NCBI GenBank assembly: GCA_002269645.1
Contig: NIVC01001247.1
Span: 1 to 24,583 of the forward strand
Origin: Macrostomum lignano
Taxonomy: Eukaryota
Length of the DNA: 24,583 bases
Direction of reading: 5' to 3'
Below, in pieces: positions 12,099 to 23,201 of this stretch. How positions within the stretch are numbered: position 1 is the first letter of the stretch; every line of letters starts with the position of its first letter. The notes beneath the pieces are model-generated. The model worked only from the letters and a program-made list of their open reading frames with translations. It was not told the origin of the DNA and ran no database searches. A program made the position numbers and the translations under genes.

Positions 12099-12336
12099 AA
12101 TATCGGATTAATAAAGAACCCTGAAAACATGTCGCTCAACTTCTGCAGCGACCTCTGCTCTCTGGGCGGCTTCCCCTACTTTGGAGTGCAAAGCACGAAG
12201 TTCTGCTTCTGCGGCACAAGCTACGGATTGCATGGAAAGCTTGGCGAGAGCCACTGCAACAAGCAGTGCGCTGGAAACTCGCTGCAGACTTGCGGAGGTT
12301 TCGCCATCAACTCCGTGTTCGCTTTGACCTATCCGA
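12099..12336 (+). pseudogene. WSC-domain exon (C-terminal two-thirds of the domain) of a probably disabled WSC-PAN gene
   Basis: AG acceptor at 12097-12098. Translation NIGLIKNPENMSLNFCSDLCSLGGFPYFGVQSTKFCFCGTSYGLHGKLGESHCNKQCAGNSLQTCGGFAINSVFALTYP has typical WSC Cys spacing. GTAAGT donor at 12337. Paralog of 16403-16817. Confidence 0.8.
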
Positions 12337-12377
12337 GTAAGTTGAAAACGAATAATTTTGCACCTACGTGTAATTAG

Positions 12378-12624
12378 GTGTCACGAATATAAAAAATTAT
12401 CTAAAACATAATCTGAATCTGATCCTCACTGTGGTGACCAGCAAGACCTCGTCCTGGCCGGCTCCTACCACATCCGTCATGGACTGCCTGGCCCAGTGCA
12501 GCGCCAAAGCCGACTGCCAGGCCGCTGTTTTCTCCAGCGGCTGCTCGCCGGCCACCTGCTGGCGTTCGCCTACCCGCCAGGCAGCCTGACCGGACCCGAC
12601 TGGACTCTCTTCGTGCTCGGCTGA
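12378..12624 (+). pseudogene. PAN/Apple-like exon with an apparent 1-nt frameshift near 12540-12552
   Basis: A 41-bp intron (12337-12377) splices in frame (phase 1) to ...TSVMDCLAQCSAKADCQAAVFSSG. The homologous ending HLLAFAYPPGSLTGPDWTLFVLG* (TGA 12622-12624) is in another frame, and the first frame stops at 12587-12589. Confidence 0.7.
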
Positions 12625-12889
12625 GTGCCCGGAACAAACGGCTGTTATCAGCAAATCTCCACCTAAAGATTGACAACCTAACTATTTTGCCTTGTTGTGT
12701 CACTGATTTTTTTAACTATGATATGTAACTTCAACCCTAGTATGTTAATGGAATATATCGTCTCAAAGAAACAAACAAGCTCTAAATATTCAATTTTGCA
12801 TCAGGCGTGGTACAAATATCTGTTTGAATACGCCTCAGATTTCAGAATTGGCTGAATTCTTAGCAGCCTTATGGCTTTTTGGTATGGAG

Positions 12890-13888
12890 TAGCAGTGTCG
12901 GAGATGCAGGGAAAGAGCAGTGTCTGAGATGCTAGGGAGCAGTGTCTGAGATGCTAGGGAGCAGTGTCTGAGATGCAGGTAGGGAGCAGTGTCTGAGATG
13001 CAGGAAGGGAGCAGTGTCTGAGATGCTAGGGAGCAGTGTCTGAGATGCAGGTAGGGAGCAGTGTCTGAGATGCAGGAAGGGAGCAGTGTCTGAGATGCAG
13101 GTAGGGAGCAGTGTCTAAGATGCAGGGAAGGGAGCAGTGTCTAGGATGCAGGGAAGGGAGCAGTGTCTAAGATGCAGGTAGGGAGCAGTGTCTGAGATGC
13201 AGGGAAGGGAGCAGTGGCTGAGATAGCAGTGTCTGAGATGCAGGTAGGGAGCAGTGTCTAAGATGCAGGTAGGGAGCAGTGTCTTAGATGCAGGTAGGGA
13301 GCAGTGTCTAAAATGCAGGTTGGGAGCAGTGTCTGAGATGCAGGTAGGGAGCAGTGACTGAGATGCAGGGAGGGAGAAGTGACTGAGATGCAGGTAGGGA
13401 GCAGTGACTGAGATGCAGGGAGGGAGCAGTGACTGAGATGCAGGGATGGAGCAGTGACTGACATGCAGGTAGGGAGCAGTGTCTGAGATGCAGGGAAGGG
13501 AGCAGCGTCTGAGATGCAGGTAGGGAGCAGTGTCTGAGATGCAGGGAAGGGAGCAGTGTCTGAGATGCAGGGAAGGAGAAGTGTCTAAGATGCAGGGAAG
13601 GAGCAGTGTCTGAGATGCAGGGAAGGAGAAGTGTCGGAGATACAGGGAAGGAGAAGTGTCTAAGATGCAGGGAAGGGAGTAGTGTCTGAGATGCAGGGAA
13701 GGGAGCAGTGTCTAAGTTGCAGGGAAGGGAGCAGTGTCTAAGATGCAGGGAAGGGAGCAGTGTCTAAGTTGCAGGGAAGGGAGCAATGTCTAAGATGCAG
13801 GGAAGGAGAAGTGTCTAAGATGCAGGGAAGGGAGCAGTGTCTAAGATGCAGGGAAGGAGAAGTGTCTAAGATGCAGGGAAGGTGCAGG
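12890..13888. repeat. Purine-rich minisatellite of about 1 kb, unit about 25-26 bp (GGGAGCAGTGTCTGAGATGCAGGTA and variants)
   Basis: Directly visible tandem array of roughly 40 variable copies. Confidence 0.96.
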
Positions 13889-14222
13889 GATCCTTTTCAA
13901 TGGCAGTGCAGTGTCTCTCGTTAAACATTGTTAAACAAAAGCATCCCAGAATCCTTTGGGCATCTCTGCCTACTGTCATTATTACCTAACTAGCTGGCTG
14001 AGTCTTCTTCTAGAAGTGGTTGTGCTAGCCCACCCCTTTGAATCCCTCCGTGTGTTTCCTGACAACGCGGATCTCCAAAGCTACACGGGGGCCTTGCTGT
14101 TGATTAGCATTGAGAGAGAGAGAGCTTTTGCTAATTAACAGGCACCCGACGCTATTCTTTTTTTCTGAAATTTACGTTGAGTGTCGCGCGCGCCAGCTAT
14201 AGGATCGGGAGCAGCAGCAACG

Positions 14223-14811
<589 letters not shown>

Positions 14812-15979
14812 ATTCTTACTATACAAGTGCTTCTGTCACTGTTTTCTTATTAATTTCAGCTGATCTAGACCACTACTTCAGGATCTGAAGGATCTGAGGC
14901 CCCGCTGGCGCACCCATGTTCAAAGTGGTATCTTTTTATAAATGCTAAACTTTTTTTATAAAAACTGTAAGAGTTCCCTTCATAGATTCTTTTCATAGCT
15001 ACTCTTCATTAGGCGGTCTCCCCATGTCCTTGAAAATGAAAAAAATTGAGACTGAGTTTGTCTGAATGAAGCTGTGAATCTGAGTGGGGATAGTCGAGAT
15101 TGCACTTTCCAAAGCAAACTAAATGTAAGAGACAAAGTCAGAAGCAGTGGTCTGATGTTTATAATTCTTTTTCTGGTCAGTTCTCTAAGATTTGTTTTTT
15201 TTTCGTTAGAAAAGAAAAAACGTTGGAAAATCATTCTTTCAGCGTTTCATTTTAAATTTAATTTGCGGCATCCCTTTCTGTTACGAACTTTAAATTAGTT
15301 TGCATTTGGTTCAGAACTGTTTTTTTAATTGGCTTGAGCAATATGCGATCCGTATAGAGCTGGGGTATCAGGGAGGGAATGGTGGCTTTCTGATTTCAAC
15401 TGCTGACACTTCTCAAGAATTTCGCCCTCATAAAATATCATCAATGTGTGACTGGTACTTTCCTTTTTGTGGTGTGTTTTGTGTGTGGGCTGCCCTGTAA
15501 AAATTTCTTGCGCGACCAGAGTATTAAAGCTTTATCAAAGATTTCCTTGTTCAAATTTATCAAGGGGAGCGCAATAAAAGTTCCAACTGTACTTGAACAG
15601 TTTTTAATCCGAGAAGCTATCGAAATTTTCTAACAGAAAAGAATTTACGACGCAAAATCTGAAAACCGCAAGTTGACATCTCTTAGAAAATATTATCATC
15701 TTCATCTACTTTACTTGTTTGGTTATTGTTTTGGTTCTGCTGGTCAAGTGTGTTGGGCTAAACATTAAAATGTTTATCTTGAAGAAAAAAAAAGTACTGA
15801 AATGGCTCAAAACCATACTAAAGTACATAATGCATGAATGAGTGAATTAGTTGCATATTCCGTTTGTAGCTCGCTGCTAGTGATACGATAGCATGTAATA
15901 TTGATACAACATGAAACTATTTTTGAAGATTGGAAGAACTACTACTTTTTAAGTTAATTATTTAAACGTTCGGTAGAAT

Positions 15980-16086
15980 TTCATCCACACCTACCCAGCC
16001 TCACAGCTTCATCAAGACCCACTCAGCCTCACAGCTTCATCCAGACCCACTCAGCCTCACAGCTTCATCCAGAACCACTCAGCCTC
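15980..16086. repeat. 28-bp tandem repeat (about 3.7 copies) overlapping the stop codon of the minus-strand WSC-PAN gene
   Basis: Minus strand reads GGCTGAGTGG(T/G)TCTGGATGAAGCTGTGA three times, plus a degenerate partial copy GGCTGGGTAGGTGTGGATGA. Confidence 0.9.
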
Positions 16087-16301
16087 GCTGGCCACCTCGG
16101 CGGGCACACCGACGAATCTCAGCAGGCGGCACATGCGGCTCGAAGTCTCAAAGGCGCAGCCCTGACAGTCCAGGCTGGTTTGGCAGTTGATGGCGCACTC
16201 GGTAGGGCTTCTGGCAGCAGCACTGCGGTGAGTTGTTGAATTCGGAAAGCTTGAGATGCTGGGAATCGCTGCGACCTGCAGCTGCGTCATGGTGTCCTTG
16301 A
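16057..16301 (-). CDS. Exon 2 (PAN/Apple-like domain) of a secreted WSC-PAN protein, 219 aa in total
   Basis: Acceptor CTAACAG (AG at 16303-16302) joins in frame with the phase-1 donor. Translation (V)KDTMTQ...RSPTECAINCQTSLDCQGCAFETSSRMCRLLRF...EWFWMKL*. Exons total 415+245=660 nt. Confidence 0.78.
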
Positions 16302-16402
16302 CTGTTAGTGGGTAATCGTAGAGGAATAAATATTCATTTCAATAACTTTGAGTCACAAATTAGCCTTTAAATGATAGGACATCAAGACTTCGGTTTACAT
16401 AC

Positions 16403-16817
16403 CGTGAGAGTAGAATATTTCATAGACAGAGTTTTTGCCCATTCCTCCGCACTTCTGAGAAGAGTTTCCTGTGCAAGACGTTGAGCAATCGCTCTCCGCC
16501 GCTCTACCAAGTCTGCCGTAGGCGGAGCCGCAGCAGCAGTAGTTGCTCCGCTGGGCACCGAAGAATTGAAATCGACCGATGGCGCAGATTTGAGCGCACA
16601 TTTCTAGCGTCATCTCTGCGTTAACTACGAAGGCCAAGTTCAGGACATCGATTTTGTAAGTTCCAAAGCTGGCGATACCTTGCAGTTCGCTCATGTCTCG
16701 GTTGCTGTTATCTCCGTCCGCATAGCAACCAAGGTAGCGAACTCCCAGCAGTTGGGGCGTCAGCATCGCCGAAACGCAGCCGGTAAAAGCAGTCAAAATC
16801 AGCACTGTTGGCGACAT
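16403..16817 (-). CDS. Exon 1 (signal peptide + WSC domain) of a secreted WSC-PAN protein
   Basis: MSPTVLILTAFTGCVSA signal-like start. YLGCYADG..RD, MTLEMCAQIC, FFGAQ..YCCCG, DCSTSCTGNSSQKCGG and SVY are WSC motifs. GTATGT donor at 16402, giving a 101-bp intron (16302-16402). Confidence 0.87.
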
Positions 16818-17367
16818 GGTCTAAGCGTACAGAAATAAGATGGTACAACGCCTCCTTTTCAGAGCTTCCTAACGAAAACTCCCTCAGGACGCAGTGTATT
16901 AAATATTTCCACAGACTCAAGTGCTGCCCCATCAACCATCAGGCTTTTGAGTTTGTTGACAATATTTCAACCGTTTTTCTGCTTTCTAATCACACCATTG
17001 TCCGTCAAATAGCTCATACTGAAGATTCTGCGTGAGTATGCAGAACAACTTCAGGGTTCTCAAGGATCTCTTTCTCAATGGCGATCCGTTTGACTGACGA
17101 GTTCAATGACTGAGAATTAGTGGTAAGTGACGCACCACTCGGTTATCCTCGATACGGTTGTGTTTTGCTACAATAAACATACAACTTACTGGCTGTAGTG
17201 GCGTATCGACACAGGTGCGAGGAGCCCCATGAAAAAATGTTTGCTCCTCCAAAAACTAACTTAATGAAAGAGGTAACCAGTAGCTCGATAAATGACAGGA
17301 GCTCAGTTTTCCTCCTCTTTTGAGATCTGGCATCCAATGGCCTGAAAGACAGGGTGAAACAAGAGAC

Positions 17368-17454
17368 AAGAGACAGCGGCGCCCCACCAAGAGACAGCGG
17401 CGCCCCACCAAGAGACAGCGGCGCCCCACCAAGAGACAGCGGCGCCCCACCAAG
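17368..17454. repeat. 21-bp minisatellite, four copies (AAGAGACAGCGGCGCCCCACC)
   Basis: Directly visible exact tandem copies. Confidence 0.93.
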
Positions 17455-18780
17455 CGACAACTTGCTCAGGTAGTCGCTCAAGAAACTGTATACTAAGCCA
17501 TCTACCGTACTGATCCTGGGCATCACCTTTGACCAGCAGGTCCTGGGCGTCACTTTCAACCTGGAGATATTTACTACCTTGAAAACCATACTTTGATTCT
17601 ACTTAAACTACTATGAACCGGCAAGACCAGCTGAAAGTCCTGCAGAGATCTCAGAATCTCACATTTCTCCCGGGAAGGGCATGTACGAGCCTATTTAGGT
17701 GTTGTGAATTCATTATCAATCAGCTGATGCTTGTGATGAGGCTAAACATTTCGGACCGAATTTCTAAGAATCTACCAAATGAACTGCTTCTAACAGATCG
17801 AAACCGTTTTTTGTGAGGCTGACTCAGTGAGTGTCAGAAAACTCAAGTGAAAACGTCGTTTTTACTAAAATTACTAATAGAAGGTTATTGCATTGGAAAT
17901 TATTTATATCATTGTACTCGTGCACAATTCTGAACCAACTTGTTATACACTGCAATGCTATTAATACATTATAGGATAAAACCGGCATGACTATACATGA
18001 ATCTGTAACTTTTGCACAAAGGAAAGTTGATGAGAGACAGGGAAGTTACAGTTAATGTAGATGAAAAAACGTGCAAAAAAGTATACGATCGTGGCGTCAC
18101 AGCGCAGACTCCGAGCTCCCTGCGGCGCAGGTTTGGCCAATTTTTTTGCGCTCACCTGTCTTATCCAAATCATTAACTGTATCTCGAGGTTTTTCCTGGC
18201 TTGCCGTTCCATTCGCAGCAACTCCTCCGCTCCATCAGCAACACTGATTGACCCCACCATTGACAAATATTTGTCACTTTTATACTTTGTTTGTTTGTTT
18301 GTTTGGGTTCGTCTAAAAGGTTACTGCAGTTATCGAGACAGGCATGGTAGTAGGTACGAGCGTCAAAGTCAGAAAATGTTTGTTTTAAAATAGTTCTGGT
18401 AAACAGTGCTATCAATTAAATCCATCAATCGTTCACAAACTTTATAAGCACACAGTTACTTCACTTAATGGGAGGCTGTCAATCCTGGGCTAAACTCTGA
18501 GCTATTATTCTGCTATGAGTAAAAAATCTAAATGCTTTACGAGGTAGCTGCCGGCCGTGCCTGCCGATGGAGGGTTGTGGGAGTTGGCAGGCTCCCAGGT
18601 GGCAATGCTAGCACTCTTGCCATTGTTCGCCATTGCTTAAAAAATCACATTAAGACGTAAAACTGAAGCTATCAGCTCTATACATATGAAGTTATCTCTG
18701 CCGAAGCCTATGTTTTGTCAGCTAGCTTTGAAACCAAGCTATGCCTCAATACACAGAGAAATGTTTTGTACAACCCGCTA

Positions 18781-19192
18781 CAATTAGTCACCGGGAATTA
18801 AGCATTGGAGAACAATTAACCACCGGGAATTAAGCATTGGAGAACAATTCATCACTGGGAATTAAGCATTGGAGAACAATTAATCACTGGGAATTAAGCA
18901 TTGGAGAAAAATAAATCACTGGGAATTAAGCATTTGAGAACAATTAACCACCGGGAATTAAGCATTGGAGAACAATTCATCACTGGGAATTAAGCATTGG
19001 AGAACAATTAATCACTGGGAATTAAGCATTGGAGAAAAATAAATCACTGGGAATTAAGCATTGGAGAACAATTAATCACTGGGAATTAAGCATTGGAGAA
19101 AAATAAATCACTGGGAATTAAGCATTGGAGAACAATTAATCACCGGGAATTAAGCATTGGAGAAAAATAAATCACTGGGAGTTAAACATTGG
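18781..19192. repeat. 32-bp minisatellite, about 13 copies (GGGAATTAAGCATTGGAGAACAATTAATCACT), with higher-order structure
   Basis: GGGA recurs exactly every 32 bp from 18793 to 19177. Confidence 0.97.
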
Positions 19193-19301
19193 ATTTACAT
19201 TTATTATTAGTGAACCGAATTCCGTGCAATCTTCAGACATTGACAACCAGGTAGCACCCCTCCGAGCTGGCAGCAGACAAACCACCTAACACCCCAACCT
19301 G

Positions 19302-19315
19302 CACACACACACACA

Positions 19316-19354
<39 letters not shown>
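19302..19354. repeat. (CA)n microsatellite
   Basis: Directly visible, with one interruption. Confidence 0.97.
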
Positions 19355-19359
<5 letters not shown>

Positions 19360-20422
19360 ACACCAACTGCAGACGCAGAGACGCTAGACGAAATGAAACA
19401 GGTAAGAGAAGTGCACGCCTTAGACACTCGAAGCTCACACAAACAGAGCGAAATTAGAGAAAGATGAGCTGGCACCAGCTGCGAGCACCAGAGCAACAAC
19501 TAAGCACAAAACTGCACGAACCATCCACAAGTGCAGGAACTCCTATCTCAAAGAAAGGCGGGACGTACAACTGTCAGTGCAAGAACTGCAGAGCTAAGGC
19601 AGGCTACCCAGTGAAGGCTTCAAAAAAAAAACTATAATCTACCGCATTTCACTACACGATTTTTACTCATTGAGCACTGCTCTGCGGGACTGCAACACAC
19701 TGCCAGCGCAATCAACAACACGCGTAAATGAAAACACAAAGTTGATGAGTTTAAAAATGACCAAATTTGGATAAACAGTACAACCAACGCATGATTGAAC
19801 TAAAAATAACCGACTGCATTTGCCAATATGATTAGATAATAAAGAAAACACAGAAAGGCAATGTCAATTATCCCAAGCTAAGGAAACTATAGCAGATAGC
19901 AGAGTGAGAAATATTGTAAGAATTTAGTGCTCAGAAACTGCAAACTGCCTATCTCGCATTATGCAGCAAACACCAGCCTCCAGCCAAATTGGCACAGTTT
20001 GTGAGTGCAGCGTCCTTCAGCTGCTTCAGCTGTCCAAAGCGCATGATGCATTCAGCAGCTTTCAAGAGTCCGCTATTGGTCGCCTACGATGGGCAAATCC
20101 AGGAGCGCATTGGGGCAACGCATTAAAGTTGGTAATGAACCGTTTTCAACTGGATAAGTTAAAGTGGTGGCAGCCTCTCCTACTGGGCCAGTGACGATAA
20201 TTATTTCACAAATAAAAAAATTTACGACTAAACTGGTGAGTCTGCGATACCCTTATTTGAGTTCCCATAACCGTCTCACCTGTCCTCAGTCTAATCACGT
20301 CTTTGTTCAGTTGAGTTCGGCTTAGATCCTCTTCAACACTAGCCCTTCAATACCGAGTCCCACCTCACCGAATTTGATAATTCTGAGTTATTTCGATCAA
20401 CAGTTCGGACAGGAATACCGAC

Positions 20423-20729
20423 ATGACTTACCGGAGAAGATGCACTTTTGAAGTCGTGCTTTCTGTCTGCTTGACAGCTGCAATGGCTGCGGAAGTCGTC
20501 AGTTCGGGTGTGCAGTTCTCCGCTGCCAGGACGAGCAGTGCTGTCGCTCCGTCGGAGCTTCTGGTGCAGCCCGAAGACAGCGAAATCGGCTGCGGCATTG
20601 TGTGCAGCCGCAGGTCCGACTGTTTCGGCTTCTACTGGCTGCTCGGCGCGTGCCGGCTGTTCGACTTGAAGGCGTTTTTCAATGCCAGCGCCTGGGTCAG
20701 CATCGGCACGTGTGACGTCTTCGTGCGAG
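20423..20729 (+). CDS. Exon 1 (signal peptide + PAN/Apple-like domain) of a secreted PAN / F-type lectin protein, 236 aa in total
   Basis: Hydrophobic VVLSVCLTAAMA followed by SEIGCGIVCSRRSDCFGFYWLLGACRLFD (C-x3-C-x5-C-x9-C). Consensus donor G|GTGAGT at 20730 (phase 1). Confidence 0.8.
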
Positions 20730-21135
20730 GTGAGTCACCTGATCGCAGTTGCATATTGCGCATCCGCAGTGGCGTTTGCAGAAGGGAGGCCGTGACCTGA
20801 AAAAATCGCGCTCTCCAGAAACTTATTAAAAAAGGACAACAAGCTATACGAATGACATGCATAAGAGCGCAACTTTTGTCCCATCTTTGACATGCCTGAC
20901 ACCTGCCGTGGAGATAAGACCCGTCAAGAGACAGCTGGAAGCTCACCAAGAAACAGGGGTGCCCACTAAGAGACAGTGTCCAACAGAACACCAAATGCTG
21001 GCGCCCCTTGGGGTTGCGCCCCTCCAATTAAAATTCCTGGTTTCGTCAGTGCGCATCTTCGTTGCGTCTGATTAAATGTATTATCGCGTGAGCGCAACGA
21101 CAACAAATAACTGCTTGCATGTACCTAAATTACAG

Positions 21136-21539
21136 ATTTTACACCTAAGAAACTGCCGATTGCCAGCTGCAGCGAAAGCTCATCGATGGTGTCGTGCAGC
21201 CGCGCCATCGACGGCAACACGAATCGATTTTATGATCAAAACTCCTGCACTCACACTCACAACGGCCTCAGTGAGTGGTGGGAAGGCAGTCTCACGGCTC
21301 CATCTCTCGTGTCATTCGTCACCATCTACAACAGGCAGGACTGCTGCGCTAACGCACTAAACAAGTTCGACATTCTTGTGGACGGGTCTGTGTGCAACCA
21401 GGTGAGGCGCAGCACTCCGTTCTCTGTTTCCGACTTTATCTGCAACGCCCACGGCTCGAAAATCCGCATCTTGAGTCGCAGCGATCCGGCAGAGCCCGTA
21501 ACCATCTGCGAGTTCATGGCCTATGGCATCCAAGGTTAG
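21136..21539 (+). CDS. Exon 2: F-type lectin (fucolectin / F5-8 type C-like) domain
   Basis: Acceptor TTACAG| at 21134-21135 is in frame with exon 1 (307+404=711 nt). Motifs AIDGN, SCTHT, WW, VTIYNRQDCC and TICEFMAYG are typical of F-type lectin domains. Confidence 0.87.
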
Positions 21540-22487
21540 CAAGAGATTTGAGCACTGTGGTGTCCGATTTTTTGGGATCGCAGTACAATACGTGTATATT
21601 CAACTGGGGGGGGGGGTGATAGGTTACAGCAGTAGTTTTTGCTTGGCTCGAAAGCTTACATGTTTTATATTGCTAATTTGTGCATTGCTAAATAAAGCAG
21701 GTAACTGAAAAGGGACACCTGTCTTTTTACCTTACAGAATTTTAGAAAAACAAACCGCGCCTACAACTTCAAATCTGCTTAGCCAGCCAGCGAAACCAAT
21801 TTTGAATCTTCGGAGTTGTGTTCAACCATTTCAACAAAATGCGATCGACTGCAGAAACGCGAACTTCAACTGAAAAAATAATAATTAAATTAAATTAAAG
21901 ATACTGGAACAAGAAAAATTACTATATATTTCTTTAATAAATTTTACCTTATTTGAACTTAACATCTAAATTTTTATGCGAATTTGTGTGCACCCGCAAG
22001 CTACATGTATATGTATCCCCTTGGTTTCATTTCGGCCCTTGCTGTTTATGTTCACTTTCCGACCAGCAAACAATTTTCTGTTGTTTTTTCTCTTGCCAAT
22101 ACTATTTTTTCTGCTGACCAAAAAAGTCTCTATTTTTTAGTCATGCAAAACTTGGAAGTCTAAAATTTTACCTACAAACTAAAAGACCAATCGCTAATAT
22201 ATCTTTTCTAGCAAAGTTACATACGAGTAATTACGAGGTAGTATTTTTCTTTTAATTTGTCCGCCTCTTGGCCATAAATTGTTTGAGTATTGTTCTTCAG
22301 ATTCAAATCTTATCTTTTCAGCATGCGCGTTTCGCACCGAAGGACGCCAAAATGGCTAGTCTATATACTATTCTTGCACTCAGACAAGTATCAGTATGCA
22401 TAAACAAGTGTATACGCTCGTACGGAGGGATATTTTTTCAAAAATGAGCAAAGCCATTTTAAGCCAATCATTGTTTCTCATCGCTCT

Positions 22488-22745
22488 TCTCACTCACTGT
22501 CTCTACTCTTCTCTCCCCTCTCTCCTTTACTATTCCCTCTCTCCCCTTCTCTCCCCTTTCTCCCCTCTCTTCTCTTCCCTCTCTCCTCTTATCTCCCCTT
22601 TCTCCCCTCTCTTCTCTTCCCTCTCTCCTCTTATCTCCCGTTTCTCCTACTCTCCCTCTCTCTTATTTCTTCTCTTCCCTCCTCTACCCTCCCCTCTCTC
22701 CTCTTCTCTCATCTAGCTCATCTTCTATTCTTTCTACTTTCCACT
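22488..22745. repeat. CT-rich low-complexity tract containing an approximately 42-bp duplication
   Basis: Almost purely pyrimidine. TCCCCTCTCTTCTCTTCCCTCTCTCCTCTTATCTCCC occurs twice from about 22561. Confidence 0.9.
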
Positions 22746-22749
22746 CTCA

Positions 22750-22822
22750 TGTGGCTCGCAGGCCGCAGTCATGAGTTGGAGTCTCTCTCTCGCCCATCAG
22801 GTAAAAAATCTTGCTGACTCCT
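22750..22822. mobile_element. Possible decayed terminus of a hAT-type non-autonomous transposon
   Basis: GTGGCTCGCAGGCCGCAG followed by AAAAAATCTTGCTGACTCCT resembles recalled hAT/Charlie-type ends (GCGGCTCGCGAGCCGCA...AAAGGTTGCCGACCCCTG). The partner end was not found. Confidence 0.28.
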
Positions 22823-23201
22823 AATCTATACAATTTTTTTGACAGTTGGCAAGCAATTACGAGCCAACTTAATTGGAGCTTCAATTTGCTTGTGCCTCCA
22901 TCATAAAAGCATAAAGTAGACAGTTTATGACCGCCCCATGGGAGGGCCCAGCCCACAAATTTTAATTTCTCTCCTGCAGGAGTGTTGGCCTCGGTGGGGT
23001 CAGCCTGCAGAGCTCGCCCATGATGGCTGGGTGGGATACGAGAGCCCATTATGGAGGAGCCGCTGTTGGGGCTATGGGTGTGGTGTAGCAAAAGCCGTAT
23101 TAGCTAGGGGAATGGCGCCGATTCAAATTCCATATAGTTTTAAATTAAACATGAGAAATTTAGGGGTTAGCGAGGGAATTTTAGCGGGAAATTTAGCGAG
23201 G

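Noticed and set aside
12397-12703. Minus-strand ORFs 12397-12654 and 12401-12703 (likewise antisense or alternate ORFs inside 4671-5777 and 21136-21539)
   Set aside because: They are shadows of GC-rich coding exons on the other strand or frame.
15448-15633. LIREAIEI resembling the end of a Penelope GIY-YIG endonuclease
   Set aside because: Only one short motif is present, with no GIY/YIG residues or RT nearby.
18781-19192. CRISPR-like array (32-bp periodicity, constant plus variable part)
   Set aside because: The variable parts are 12-bp near-identical variants rather than unique spacers. There are no cas genes and the context is eukaryotic.
19464-19637. 57-aa ORF with CQCKNC and a basic tail
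   Set aside because: It is short, with no recognisable family, splice context or paralog, so chance occurrence is plausible.
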